A DNA stretch of 64,000 nt, from assembly GCA_965217865.1 (NCBI GenBank), contig CBDCJO010000002.1, forward strand, positions 3,712,001-3,776,000. The letters run 5' to 3'. The translations under genes and the position numbers were made by a program. Position 1 is the stretch's first letter, and the number at the start of each line of letters is the position of its first letter. The notes under the pieces were generated by a model. The model was not told the origin of the DNA. It saw nothing but the letters and a program-made list of their open reading frames with translations, and did no database searches. This DNA comes from Candidatus Latescibacterota bacterium. Its GTDB lineage: Bacteria; Latescibacterota; UBA2968; SICM01. Shown piece after piece: positions 30,850 through 43,019 of this stretch.

Positions 30850-31313
30850 GGAGCAGCATGTCGAAGGAACTGCGGCGAGAATGGAGATTGGTATCGAGAA
30901 AGGAACAAGCCAGACATGAGACGGAATACTATCCCCGCTTGAGGGGTCTTCTGCTCGAACGGCGCAACCAGGTAAGACGGAAGCAAGATCTAACCGTGTC
31001 GCTGTCGGCCATCTCACCACTCAGCGCTGTGAGTTTTGCATCGATGGACCTTGCTCGCACCGGAATCGTTCAGAAGGAGCAACTTGAAAACGCACTGGAC
31101 GCCTATCATTTATACCTGGGCCAATTTATGCGGGAAAAGCTCTCAGCGGATGAGGTGGTTCTGACGGATTTTTCCTTTTTCACCTATCGGGACACTGATA
31201 CACTGAGGGAGTGTCTGTCCAGGAACGTGTTTCACATCTTGAACCTGGGGCTGCTGGCTGTCCTTGGATTTGCCGGAGCGTATGTGTCGATTTTAGGGTA
31301 TGATGTAAGATAG
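30850..31313 (+). pseudogene. ABC-2 permease C-terminal fragment
   Basis: LSAISPLS..ASMDLARTG..FAGAYVSILGYDVR; paralogue of 56882-59913. Confidence 0.7.
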
Positions 31314-31464
31314 TCAAGAGCCAAAAAGTCAGAATTTCGGTGTCCAGGGCACCGAAGTGGGGGGGCAGGCCGTGGTTCTACAATAGAAGAAAACCAAATC
31401 AAACCTATTGAGAAGCGACAACAGGTAACAGAAGCCATTGCAGAACAATACCTCTGGCCTGCAA

Positions 31465-32622
31465 ATGCTGAGTGTCGCCGATGGGAGTTGTACCAGCCCT
31501 CGATGTATTGAAATACGGACATCCGGGCTTCGGCCTGTGTGCGGTAGTTTCGGCGATCCAGGCGTTCGCATTCGAGCGTGGCGAAGAAGCTCTCGCATAA
31601 CGCGTTGTCGTAGCAGTCACCGGTGGAGCCCATAGAGGGCCGGACACCGGCCTTGCGGCACCGTAGACCGAAGGCAATGGAGGTGTACTGACATCCCTGG
31701 TCGGAGTGATGGATGACGGCTTCCGGCTGTCGTTGCCAGAGCGCCATATTCAACGCCTCGAGCACCAGCTCGGCGCGCAGATGGGTCGCCATCGCCCAGC
31801 CAACGACGCGGCGGCTCCAGGCGTCCACAACGACCGCGAGATACAGGAAGCCGGCCCACGTACTGATGTAAGTGATGTCGGCTACCCAGAGCTGGTCTGG
31901 CCCGTTAGCCGTGAAATCTCGATTGACCAGGTCAGCAGCGACGCGCCCATCGCGATCACGGTAGGTGGTTCGATGCCGTTTGCGACGACTCACGCCCTCC
32001 AGACCTGCAGCACGCATCAACCGCGCAACGCGCTTGCGACCGATCCGCTCCCCCTCGGCTACAAGCTCCTCGTATATGCGCGGGACACCGTAGGTGCCAT
32101 CAGAACACTTGTGAATCTTCACGATCCGTTCCGTCAGAGCCACATCGGCCTGCGCTCGTGCCGACAGCGGCCGCTTGAGCCACGCGTAGTACCCACTGGT
32201 GGAGACTTCCAGGACCCGGCACATCGTGGCTACTTTATAGAAGGCCTGATTGGCTTTCACGAACTCGTAGACTCCCCTGGCACCGAGTTGGTCTCCCGAG
32301 CGAACCAGGCCGCGGCTTTTGCAAGGATCTCCCGCTCCTGTCGCAACTGCCTATTCTCGCGGCGCAGTCGTCTGATCTCCTCCCGCTCTTCGGTGGTCAG
32401 ACCATCACTGCGGCGGCCCGCATCCAGATCGGCCTGCCACATCCAGTTCCGGATCGCCTGGGCGGACGGCTCGAACTCACGGGACAACTCATGAGGCGTG
32501 CGACCCGCTCGCATAACATCTGCCGTTTGAACTCCGGCGGATACGGCGGATGTGTCCTCGGCATCGTGGCATCCTCCTTTTCTGCCAAGTAATAAGGTAT
32601 CCACGAAACCGGGTCAAGTCCA
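31465..32622 (-). mobile_element. IS3-family element (third type), 3'-truncated, OrfA damaged
   Basis: IRL TGGACTTGACCCGGTTTCGTGG; OrfB WVADITY, HHSDQG, DNALCESFF. Confidence 0.85.
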
Positions 32623-32733
32623 GTTTAGCGGACGGTTTATCAGTTTCGATTCATCGGCTGCAAGGGCGACATCGCTGTACTTCTTGACGGAACCTCGACG
32701 GTTTTGCTTCGGACGCAAGGTCGCTTTGTCCGG

Positions 32734-33105
32734 TTATACCGCAGTTGCCTTTGGACTTGGACCGTGCTGATTCTCCCCCGGTTGACTATCCTTTACCATG
32801 AAAACAAGCATAACAATGGCCCCGATGAGCGGAACCAGAACAATAAGCAGCCACCACCCACTGTGGTTAGTGTCGTGGAGCCTTCTAACTGTTACCGCTA
32901 TACCGGGAATCAGAACCGCTAAAGTATAGATTCCCCCCAACAAACCCATGCCTGCTTCGAGGCTAAGCGTACCGGTAAGACCATCAATGATCATCAGGAC
33001 GATACTGATGAGAATGTTGAATAGGAAAAAGTACCAATACTCTTTTCGTCTGGATCTTCCGCCAAACACAGCATACTTTTTTAGTACCTCAAGATACCAG
33101 TTCAT
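32734..33105 (-). CDS. DUF805 membrane protein
   Basis: YAVFGGRSRRKEYWYF, VRRLHDT, N.HGPSPK. Confidence 0.9.
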   Translation of the reverse strand: MNWYLEVLKKYAVFGGRSRRKEYWYFFLFNILISIVLMIIDGLTGTLSLEAGMGLLGGIYTLAVLIPGIAVTVRRLHDTNHSGWWLLIVLVPLIGAIVMLVFMVKDSQPGENQHGPSPKATAV

Positions 33106-33127
33106 GTTTCGCTCCTTTCTCGTCACT

Positions 33128-33390
33128 ACCAGACCTGGCAGGAACGACGCCTGGATGACCGCGAGTTGGTCTATGTTTGGGCCGACGGCATCTACGTCAA
33201 ACCTGGACTTGAGAAAGTGATATGACCCGGGAAAAGTGGACAGTGGTTTAAGCCGCTTTCTTCAGCGATAGCCGTTCAAAAAGGGCCGGGGACACATAGT
33301 CCAGGTAAGCGTGCAGCCGCTGATTGTTGTAAAACATTTCGATGTACTCGAAGAGTTCGCGCTCTGCATGATCGAGGTCGATCAAGTCGA
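33128..33390. mobile_element. Abutting IS256 fragment (+) and IS3 right-end fragment (-)
   Basis: ELVYVWADGIYVKPGLEK; LFEYIEMFYNNQRLH..YVSP..KAA plus IR starting TG at 33218. Confidence 0.75.
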
Positions 33391-33518
33391 CGTGATACAG
33401 CGCCGTGTGACCCCTGGGGGAAGAACGGGATCTGATCCCTTTCCAATTCTGAAACCCATATTGGTATATCACAAAACCGGTTTTAGGATATTTTAGGGCG
33501 TCGTCCATCCGAGGTAGT

Positions 33519-33760
33519 TTGAAAACGATTTTTACGACTGAGTACGAGGTTCTCCTGCGGCGGCTGATCTCGGCGCGAAAAGCGGACGGAGTGACTCAGC
33601 AGGAGATAGCCAGCCGTCTCGATAAGCCCCAGTCTTTCGTTTCCAAATATGAGCGTCGGGAACGCCGACTAGACGTCTTAGAATTCGTTGTGATCTGTAG
33701 GTCCTTGGGCGTTGACGCGTGCAGCGTCATTAGGGAGATCGAAGATCGCCTACCCGCAGG
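33519..33760 (+). CDS. XRE-family HTH regulator, C-terminus fused to an IS3 tail
   Basis: TQQEIASRLDKPQSFVSKYERRERRLDVLE. Confidence 0.8.
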
Positions 33761-33862
33761 ATATCTCTCTCCAATGAACTTCGAGAAGACCTCCAGCGAT
33801 GTCGCCCTTGCAGTCGACTGAATCGCAACTGATAAACCGTCCGCTAAACCGGGGTAACTCCA
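33757..33862 (+). mobile_element. IS3 right-end fragment (related copy at 32623-32685, minus)
   Basis: GYLSPMNFE..; CCGTCCGCTAAACCGGGGTAACTCCA. Confidence 0.7.
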
Positions 33863-33864
33863 GT

Positions 33865-34621
33865 CTGGAGTTTCTCGTTCAACGGGGCTGTCAATATCCG
33901 CAAGCTCGGACATGAAACCACGGACATCACGCATGTACGCCCGGTAAGCGTTCTGATGCTGGGCCCGGAACTGAAGAACTTCATCAAGAGGAATAGTAGC
34001 CAGATCAAACGTGACGGGCTCAAGATCCAAGGTAATGATCCTATCTCGCGATGGCATCGATTCTCTTGACAACGTTGCTGTTAGGTCCGCCACGGCTTCA
34101 TGGCAATTTGTTACAGGGTGAATAGTCATGCCGCGTCTCTTACCGGCAACTCGTGAAAGCTGTGCGAGAATGACAAGGATCGTGGTGCGCACGTCGGGAT
34201 GAAGCGGGATTGAAACCCCGTCCTCGCTCGGTCGCGCAAGTCCTTTTGTTTGAAGTTTCACGACTACGGATTTGGCTAGCTTCACGTCAGCACCGTAGCC
34301 GATTCGGGACTGCGACATCTCCGCGAAATACTCAGTCTCTGGAAGGTCATCGAACACACCATTTGCAAGCAACTCAATGATGGTTTCGGCTAGTTTGCCC
34401 GCAACTTCTTGGTCAACCCAGTCGTTGGGATCAAGCACCCGCAACAACCCGCGGTCTTCAAGAGGCTCCGCAAGCGTTGGATCCGCAGCCGTGTTCCGAC
34501 CGTGCATATAGTTCGGTAGCAGAATGGCGATGTCGTCGAAGAAGAGAAGAAGGGATTTTACCCAGTCACTCTCCTCGAAGACCCAATATGGTGCGGGATA
34601 GTAGTACGCAGTTTCGTTCAT
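33865..34621 (-). pseudogene. Hypothetical protein, 3'-truncated
   Basis: MNETAYYYPAPYW..KSLLLFFD..IPLDEVLQFR; ends at the IS3 IR. Confidence 0.6.
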
Positions 34622-34798
34622 TCCGGGAATATTCCTGAAACTCGCAGAGAACTGCCACTTACAAGTTTCGCGGCAAATGCCGCCATGCCGGTTGCAGCCC
34701 TGGCCACCGACATCAACGAAACCGATCCCAACCAATCGCGTCGCTCGGCTCTTCCTCGTGCAACACGACCACGACTCTCCTCCGCTTCCCTCAATGAA

Positions 34799-35770
34799 TC
34801 ACCCGAGTGTTGATGCCATACTGATAAATGATGAAATCGACTTTCCAAGCACTGCAACCCCGGCGTCATGTGGATCCGGTATGTTGAAGCGACTTCTCGC
34901 GGCCCCATTTAATGCAAAGGCGAAGCCCTCTATATTGACGATGTAAAAGATCTTGCCCCGACGCTCAACAATGACACGATCCGCTCGAAACGGCCAATCC
35001 CCTTCGAATTCCGCCTTTGTGACTGCTCGTATGGGATATTCTCCATTAACAATTTCCTGCTCCGATCGCTCAATCCAGTTCTCCTCATCCCGATCCCGCA
35101 GAATGTGCACAGAACGCCGATAATCGGTGGTTCCGAGTTCCTCGTCTCGGATGTTCCTGAATTCCGTATAGACGCCCGACAGCTGACTAATCGTCCCGTT
35201 CCTGTCGACGTGTCCACCGATAGTAAACTGCATCGCCACTGCCCTAACAAGGCGTTCCATTTTCGCAATCAAACGAGAATGAACACGTGGATAGTAGTCC
35301 CGATGAAGCGTCTCTTGATTCTCCAGGAAAGGCGTCGCATCTTCGACATCAGACTCAAGAGCTGTCCATTCATTCCTCGGGTCGATCGGTGGATTAGGAA
35401 CACCACTGACAACATCGAGATTGTAGTATCGCGCCTTTTGCCCAAAAAGAGAGAGGATTCGAATGCATTCTTGCAGGACAGGATCGGTGGTAATGAAGTC
35501 GAATTCTCGCTGAACCCAAGGCCGTTCGGTGCCGCCGTAAAAGTCGGTGCAAACTAGCTTGAGGAGTTTCTGGAGGTTATGGCTAAGGTGCCTTACGTAA
35601 GCGTTGTCTGGATATGAACCATGCTGTCCGTCGTAGACCAGCAGGATGTAGCATTTCATAAACCGCTCCAGCCCGCTCGCCATTAGCTGGTGAGGCAAAT
35701 GGTAAAACGAGTTGCTCATATCGATTTCTTGAAGGTGTCCAAAGCTATACTTGATCAGGTCACGGGACAA
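34799..35770 (-). CDS. Hypothetical protein (HEPN-like), start uncertain
   Basis: 323-aa ORF; SGLERFMK..SHNL..ARYYNLD. Confidence 0.55.
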   Translation of the reverse strand: MSRDLIKYSFGHLQEIDMSNSFYHLPHQLMASGLERFMKCYILLVYDGQHGSYPDNAYVRHLSHNLQKLLKLVCTDFYGGTERPWVQREFDFITTDPVLQECIRILSLFGQKARYYNLDVVSGVPNPPIDPRNEWTALESDVEDATPFLENQETLHRDYYPRVHSRLIAKMERLVRAVAMQFTIGGHVDRNGTISQLSGVYTEFRNIRDEELGTTDYRRSVHILRDRDEENWIERSEQEIVNGEYPIRAVTKAEFEGDWPFRADRVIVERRGKIFYIVNIEGFAFALNGAARSRFNIPDPHDAGVAVLGKSISSFISMASTLG

Positions 35771-35839
35771 TTCCAGTTCCTCTAAAAGACAAAAAAACTT
35801 CAGCTTCTTTTGGTTTTGTTCAGTCCTGCCTTCATGGGG

Positions 35840-36270
35840 CTACCTCGTGGTCTGAACGTTTCGCCGGTGCGGTTCCGGGCGTCGACGCGCGTCACGGTCT
35901 TGCACGTTCACTCTCAACTCTCCGGAGACCAGCTTCGGGAGCAGCGTGTCACGTAGGACGGCAAGAGTGCGGACCTCGGTTAGATTGCTCAGGAGGCGTT
36001 CCATGATCGGGGTCACGGTAGACTCAAATGCCTCTGCGACACTCACCGGCGGCAGGGCCAGATCGACAAGAGTGAAGGTCTGGCGCGTGATGGTGTCGAA
36101 AATCGTACCGTGCGTTCGGCTCCGCAGTTCCTCTATCGTGCGTCTGACGAGCCAATATATGAAGAACTCCTGATACCCGCTGGTGCCTCGTATGCCATAG
36201 CAGGTTTGGTTCATGGCCATCCGGCGTCCGAGACATGCAAGCCGCCCGAAGATCCGCACCAAAGGCAGTG
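35840..36270 (-). pseudogene. hsdS: Type I RM specificity subunit C-terminal fragment
   Basis: MAMNQTCYG..GTIFDTIT..LRDTLLPKLVSGELRV. Confidence 0.85.
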
Positions 36271-36306
36271 GGCTCAGATGCGCAATCGCCGTCGCACGTA
36301 ACGAAA

Positions 36307-36500
36307 TTATACCCGTCCCTCATCAGTAGCCAAAGTTGATCCAGATAGTAGCGTCCCAATCCTTCTCGCAGTATCCGTGAAATGCTGGACTTCCTCCGGC
36401 GTGAGCGGGCGGCCAAGAATATCGCATTCGCGATACGAGATACACGTCAAACGTGGTTGCACCAAGCACTGGCCGCGCGGCGTGAAGCGCCGCCATCTTG
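36307..36500 (-). pseudogene. Type ISP restriction-modification enzyme C-terminal fragment
   Basis: LGATTFDVYL / SYRE..LGRPLTPEEVQHFTDTARRI. Confidence 0.65.
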
Positions 36501-36517
36501 CCTTCCAAGCCCTCCCT

Positions 36518-37557
36518 TCACTGTGACCGGTATTCCCGAATGCGGGTCTGATCGATAAGGAGGTGCATTGTTGAGAGCGTGAACACCTTCCCATTGGTTG
36601 CCTGGAGGAGTCGCCGCATATCCCCGCGGCGCACTTTGAACCCACGCCCTGCGATACACGCGATCACGTCGTAGGTATGTCCGGTCTGGTCACGCAACGT
36701 CTGTAGGCGTTGAACACGCGCAACCTTATCGCGCGCCGTTCCGTCGTCTTCCGTAAGCTTCGCTTCGATCAGCGCGATCGGGTTGAATTCATCCGGGATG
36801 ATGAAATCTGGGGCTTGGTCGAAGCCAGTGATACGTTCCGCTCGTTTCGTCTCCCTGAAACTAATCTTGGAGGCCGTCAAAACATCCTTGATTGCTCCCT
36901 CAACCACTTCGCCGACCAGCTCGCTCACTGAATCCCGGTGAGACGCAAAAGGACGCCCAAGAAATCGCTCATAGAGCAATACAGGATATGGGATGCCGAG
37001 GTCAGCGACCGGTTGAAGGCTCTTGACTCCTTCCTTCGTGTCGGACTTGTCAAGCCGATGCAGGACTGTCTCGACTTCGGTGTTGGCACCCGTGGTAAGT
37101 ACTTCTACGCCTACCTCGATCATCGCGTGGACACGAGACGACGTTCCCTCAAAGGCTGCACCCGCATGTTCCGGTCTATCGACCGTGCAGCACCCTGATC
37201 GATAGTCACGCCAGTGATTTCCGACGTTACATAGGCCCACTCCGGCGGCGTAAAACCCAGAATCGCCCTAAACACGATAAAGGCTATCGGCGCAGCTTCC
37301 ACGGCAGCCACAACGGTCGCCGTCGTCACATTGCTGAAAGCGGCTGTCTCACGCTTCAACTCCTGATAGCCCTTCTCGAATGTCTCGTAATCGACAAACC
37401 CGTCGCCGCGCGGCATCTCCAGAAATGTGGACTTCAGCTCGCCGAACACTTCATCGACAAGAGGGTCAAACGAAAGCGCGGGATCGCCGTAGTCAGCATC
37501 AAAACGCAACGGCATCGGCCAGTTCCCTCTCTTCTTGTTCGGCAAAAAGACCGCCAA
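36518..37557 (-). pseudogene. PD-(D/E)xK restriction-endonuclease-like protein, frameshifted
   Basis: Two overlapping ORFs; QAPDFIIPD..IEAKLTEDDGTARDK. Confidence 0.7.
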
Positions 37558-37599
37558 TCATGGCGAATTGAGGGACCTTCATGCCTTCTAGCCGTGCGG

Positions 37600-39691
37600 C
37601 TACGTCATCCACAGTCGCGATGTGGCATCCATCTCTTCCCGGAAGGCAGATAGCTTTTTCTCCGCAGGCAGCGTCGCATCCCACGACGGCCGTAGTCGCC
37701 AGATCGTCATCCGCGTAATGTGCCCAAGCGCAGTGCACCGGATATCCCCCGCTGTCGGCTTCATGCCGGCCGCACGAAGATCCGCCAAGTCCTTTGCCAT
37801 GACGCCGGCGAGCCCGTCGGCATCTTCAAAGAGCCCCGCCCGCGACGCCGTCCCGCGGTCGCGGCAAACAAAAACCGTATCCACGATAGATGAAGCCGTC
37901 CCGTGGATATGGATCGAGCCGCCCATCTCCGCCGGGCATGGCAGCGATGCCGAGCACGTGAGGCCGGCATCGAGAATCGCCATTCCCACCGCCAGGTAAG
38001 CCTCCTGCTTGTTATGGTGATAAGTGAACACGAGAGGCGCGCCCGGTTTGAGCGCCCGTGCCATGCGCGTATACGCGACCGCGAGCCCTTCCGCAAAATG
38101 CGCCAGGTCCCGCTCCTCCGTCTCATTGCCAGTAAGCTCATCCGAGTGCTTTGTCGTCTCCTGTTCGAGCCCAGGGAAGTCTTTCCCCATGAGCTTTCGG
38201 GAGCCAGGCATAGCAGAAGTGCATGAGCTCGCCGTACTGGACCATGCCGTAATATGGCGGGTCAGTGAACACTCCATCGAGGCTTGACGGCTTAAGCTTC
38301 ACCGTCATCGCTGAGGCGCAACGGATGTCAATACGCCGCGCGTGCGCCTCCGGGTTATTCCCCCCGATCCACTCTCCCCGAATGGGAACCGTCACTTTAT
38401 TCTTTCCCTCAAAAGCGACCTCGAAAGGTGCCGTGCAATAGCGTTTCGCTTTCGTGTACTTCGCGATGATGTTGATCCAGCCACCGGAACCTACCGGGAG
38501 CGCGTTGGCGTTGCGGATACCGAGCAGATTCGATTCGACCTGCACGTACCCGACTGGAAAGCCGTGGATCGAGAACACGTCCAGTGACTTCAGCGCCATT
38601 TTGTCGTACCGGCACAGCATGTTCTGGTATCGCAGGAGATCCGATAGATTCGTTGCAAGTGCCCGGCGCAAGCGGAGGTCCTCCACTCTTGCGATTATCT
38701 GCGCGCTTGTTTCAAGGCCAAAAAGCTGACGTGCGTTGAAGAGCTCGCGGAACCGCTCGTAACCCCAGCGATGCAGCCGGGACGATTCATCACCCTCGGG
38801 AATTACATCATCCGGTACAAACCGCGCCGTTAAACCCTGCCATGCTGCTTCTGCTTCTTTGGCCCGCGCCAAGTCGTCCTTGTCAGGCTTCTTGAACAGG
38901 CGGCCAAGCCGGCCCTTGAGATCCGGATTATAGTATTCGATCGCGAACAAACGATGAGATGGTGGGCCGGCTCCGTGAAAAGGCGCACTGTTGACGTGCT
39001 CACAGCGTGGACATGCACATCTGTTACGGGAAACGGGCCCTTTCCTTGTCAACGCCCGTCCACACTGGCAGGCACCGGGATGGTCTGGATCATCAACCTC
39101 GTTGAGATCACCGCAGCACGGGCAGACGAGAACATAGGACGTATGCCGGGCATCCTCCGCCAGCACGTAGCCCGGAAAGAGATCAAAGGCTTTCCGGCAC
39201 ATCGCGCACGTTCCCGTCTTGACCCACAGGAAATACTTGACGTGGGCGGCCTTTCGGCCAGTGATAGGGCATCGCGTCTTGTAGAGGTGTCCGATTTCCT
39301 CCGAGAGGCGATCGAGCAACTCGCCCGCCTTTTTCGTATAAACCTTCAGATCGATCGTGTCGATTTCTTCCCGCACAATCCATGCCGCCATCGGGTTGAT
39401 ATCCGTCCCGATGATGTTGCAGCCGATTCTGTTGGCTTCGAGCAACGGCGTACCGCCGCCCATGAATGGATCGGCAATCGTGACACCTTCGAAGCTGTTG
39501 GCTCGATAGTAGGTATCTTCCACGGGATTGTTCCCAAACTCCGACAGCAGAAGACCGCGGAACAACGTCCCCGGCCGACGTGCGAACCATTTGTGCACTG
39601 CGATGATCGGACGGTAGTTCTGTTGAATCTGCTTTTCACGGAGTGCTAGCGACGCAATGAACCGAATGCTGTAGTTTTCTTCAATTGACAT
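37600..39691 (-). pseudogene. DUF1156-like adenine DNA methyltransferase with Cys clusters, frameshifted near 38190
   Basis: VHKWFARRP, DPFMGGGT, CxxC pairs, FTDPPY, LKPGAPLVFTYHH. Confidence 0.8.
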
Positions 39692-39789
39692 CCGGGGTCC
39701 TCACTCTTGCTTTCCGAACAGCGGCCACTTGTCCGCGATGTACTTTTCCGCTGCCTTCGGTTGATCTGGCAACCGTTATCGGGCTGTTC

Positions 39790-39950
39790 GATTGATTGCG
39801 AATCTTGCTTGCTACGAGCTGCGGGCCAAGCGCAGACAGTACCAGGATTCGTCGGACAGACGGAACTGCGCCTGCCGCAAGAAGACGTTCTTCGTGTTCA
39901 GTCCGGACGTTACACCGTAGAACCAGCCCCCTTGGGAGAAGTAGCAGAGA
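39790..39950 (-). pseudogene. cas1: Type I-G Cas4-Cas1 fusion internal fragment
   Basis: LCYFSQGGWFYGVTSGLNTKNVFLRQAQF..CLRLARS / VASKIRNQ. Confidence 0.65.
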
Positions 39951-40211
39951 ACTCTTCGAGCGGTGGTATTCCGCCTGCGATGGCGGGGGCAATAGCGAAG
40001 CCCCAGAAGGTCAGTTGACGCCGGAAGGGGGTGACCTGCCCCCACCTATGTATCCACATCCAGAGTTAGGATGCGGTCGCGATTAGCGGCCCTGAGACCG
40101 CTTCGGCCGCAGGTGGCGATTCGTTGCACCTCGTACATATGAGACGGACGATAAATTTTCATTTAACATGCTGGGAACATGCTGGCATGGTCAGAATCCA
40201 TGATAAGATAC

Positions 40212-40492
40212 CATACCTGTCCAAAATCGGTTTTTTCTTTGGACAGCATTTGGATCAGATAGACGATTAAAGACCGTGCCCGAACCGCTAGGTCCTCTTC
40301 GAATCGCCTGAATCCCAGCTTTTCGGGATGTGTTGTGCAATGAAAGGCCCGATCTTCCGGATCATCCAGCTTTTGGACAGCATCTTTGGCCAGTGCAACC
40401 TGGATTTCAGTCTGCCAGAGGGCATTGTGTAAAAACAGTCACTTACTTGTCCAAAAAAGGCCCATTCTGATTTATCTTGGACAACAGTGAGA
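40212..40492. mobile_element. MITE copy 2
   Basis: Near-identical to 21641-21921; right end and TSD degenerate. Confidence 0.8.
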
Positions 40493-40521
40493 TGATACAA
40501 GAAATTGGTGCTCAAAAAAGA

Positions 40522-40961
40522 GGTGGCCGGCACGGCGTCCCGCTTCTCGTCCGGGCCCCGCATCGCGGGCTCCGGTGCATGGGCAATCTGCTTTGCGCAG
40601 GGTTGTTCTTCTAATTTCGATCGATTCCCACCCGGGTGCAGGAATATAGCCGTTTGGCCGGAAGCTGTCAACCAGAGAGACTTCAGATCCGAGCGATCAG
40701 AAGCGGCGCCAGCATCTACATGGTGTGTCTTATTCCTGTTGACACACGTTCCGGTCGCGGCCCGTTGGATGACGGCGAGGTTCGAAGGCCTTGAGATCCG
40801 CATTAGCTTTTTTCAGGGACTGCACAAACTGCATGAATTTCCGGACTTCGCCGTCACGCCGACCTGAAGCCAGTGACAAAAAGTCGACTGATTCCCGCAC
40901 CCTCCAGGCGTCCATGTTCCACAACTTCCTCAAACACAAGAGGTTTCTCTCTCTGGCGTGT
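40522..40961 (-). repeat. Att-like repeat copy C (distal arm, promoter, HGGxSTG start)
   Basis: Reverse complement matches 7060-7111 and 12152-12450. Confidence 0.85.
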
Positions 40962-41179
40962 GTCGAAGGTTGTTCCGAATCAGTTTGATATTGTCGATCC
41001 GCTCGTATTCTTCAAGCATACATACGACTCCGTGGGTGACTCGATGACACCAAGCCGTCTCGTTTACCCAGACTCCGATGGGCATTTTGTAGGTGAGGCA
41101 GACCCTTCCCCGTGCGGCAGGAAATCCATGTGGATCGGCCCAGTTTGACGAACCCTCATATGACTTCTGATAATTAGCC

Positions 41180-41464
41180 TTACGCCGAGAAACGGAGTTT
41201 TATACCGCAAGCGGCGGACACTTTCGCGAGCGTATCGAGTCGTGGATTTCGTCGGCCAGACAGAGCCCGGGAGAGGGCCACTCGATCCAGCTTGGCTTGG
41301 CGCGCAAGCGCGGACACGCCACCCCGCGCTTCGGCAACGTTGCGAAACGCCTTCATGAGCAAGCGCGGATCGTCGCCCATTTCCTCGACCGCCGCGTTCA
41401 GATAGGCGGCGGCGTCCTCGGGCGTTCTGAGGTAGTCGCTGACCTTATGTTCTCTTACGGGCAT
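41180..41464 (-). CDS. Addiction-module antidote (HTH antitoxin)
   Basis: DYLRTPEDAAAYL..VAEARGGVSALA..RALS..NPRLDT. Confidence 0.9.
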   Translation of the reverse strand: MPVREHKVSDYLRTPEDAAAYLNAAVEEMGDDPRLLMKAFRNVAEARGGVSALARQAKLDRVALSRALSGRRNPRLDTLAKVSAACGIKLRFSA

Positions 41465-41783
41465 TTCGTTTCTCCTGTTTGTACGCTTTCCAGCAGGTCC
41501 GGGCCTTTGCGATGTCGTGGGCTTGACGTTTCTTCGTCCCGCCGCCACACAAAATCACGAGATCTTCACCATCGCGACCATAGTAGACCCGATACCCGGG
41601 GCCGAAGTCGATCCGAAGCTCGTAGACGCCTTCGCCAACGCCCTCGTGATCACCGAAGTTACCCAGTTCTACTCGATCGATGCGTGTCTGGACGCGGGCG
41701 CGGGTCTCGGGACTTTGTGTCTGGAGCCATGCATCGAAATAGTCCGTACCGCTTTCCGAAACGTAGTGGACAACCTTAATCAT
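41445..41783 (-). CDS. Addiction-module killer toxin (RelE/HigB family)
   Basis: GNFGD..VGEGVYELRIDFGPGYRVYY..LCGGGTK..Q..DI. Confidence 0.9.
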   Translation of the reverse strand: MIKVVHYVSESGTDYFDAWLQTQSPETRARVQTRIDRVELGNFGDHEGVGEGVYELRIDFGPGYRVYYGRDGEDLVILCGGGTKKRQAHDIAKARTCWKAYKQEKRNARKRT

Positions 41784-42019
41784 TGAGAATGATTGTAGCC
41801 AAATGACCACAGAATGTCAAGTGCTTTCAAATCACCCACTCACCTGACGGATGAAATGGCGGTCCTTTCGTCCTCCCCAAGCGACGTGAAGCACCCCGAG
41901 TCCCTCTCCGATGGCTCCCCCACCAACGTCCCGCCTCGAAGTCCGTGAACGTGCCCCAGGTCCAGCCTGGAGTTGCCCTTGTCGCCCCATCGCCACTTCT
42001 GCCCCGCTGATCCGACTCT

Positions 42020-42458
42020 ACCTCCCGGCCTTTTTCAATGACTGGCAAAACTCCCGAAACAACTTCCCGGGCTTCGCCATCGTGCCACACTGGAGCCAAC
42101 GATAAAAAGCCGTCTCGCTGATTCTTGCACCCGGCAGGCGTCCTTGTTCCACAACTTCCTCAAATACAAGGGGTTCTCTCTCTGGCGTGACGGTGAGCGG
42201 TTAGGAAAAGGGTGCGGTTGGGGAGCCATATTCCCATCCGCCAATTTCGGCGGTCGTCCGTTAACGCAAGACTCCGTGGGGCAACCCCTTCGGGGTCTTG
42301 TCGTTTCTATCGTATTCACAAATACTTGTGCCACCTCCCCCCCTTCTCTGCCGATTCTTTGTTTCGAAGCGTTTCCCCCGGTGTCCGAGCACAACCGTGG
42401 GGTTGCTGTCCGCTGAGCAGAGATATCTCCTCCGGATTCTCTGATTCTCTGTTTTTCA
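42020..42458 (-). repeat. Att-like repeat copy D (lacks the 175-bp unit)
   Basis: Single GGCTCCCCA joins the two arms directly. Confidence 0.9.
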
Positions 42459-42832
42459 CTGGCGGATTACCAGCAATACGACCGATTGGCAAAGAGTCTG
42501 ATCTCCGCTCCACACTCGATTTTCGTGCTTACCGACGATGTGCACTTCCCCCGCTTGGCACAGGCGATGCAGCCCGCGAATGCAAGACGGGGTGTATACG
42601 AGGCTATCGCTTCGCCCGCTGAACCTGCGCACTCGGCGCGGTTAGCTGACGGGCCAATCGTTGGGCTTCGGTAAGCGCCTCCTGAGAAAAGTGTGGCTGA
42701 TACTTGGGCTCGGGTTCTGGACATCTGGCGCCTCCACGATCTGGAGGGGAGATACCAAATCATAAGACACTTTACGTCAAAACAGAACGCTACACGCTAT
42801 TCTAAAATCGACCTCTAGACCGCCCGCAGGCT

Positions 42833-42958
42833 CATAAGCTTGTCCGATGGGGTGGACGCCTCCTCCCGACGGTATCGCAATGTGCCAAGGTGATGGTGTC
42901 TTTCACGACCTGAAGAAGGAGTCATCCGTGAAACAGGTTGGCATCATCGGTATCGATC
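42833..42958 (+). mobile_element. IS110/IS1111 left end plus first codons
   Basis: GTGGACGCCTCC subterminal motif; AAGGAG RBS; VKQVGIIGID. Confidence 0.7.
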
Positions 42959-43019
42959 CGAGGTATCGGTCCGAGAGAGCCGATGCGGTGATGAGCATCG
43001 GAACTGTGGCAATGAGTAT

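Noticed and set aside
32690-32740. attC after DUF805 (stop inside GTATAAC)
   Set aside because: No matching palindrome or GTTRRRY follows; the adjacent sequence is an IS3 end.
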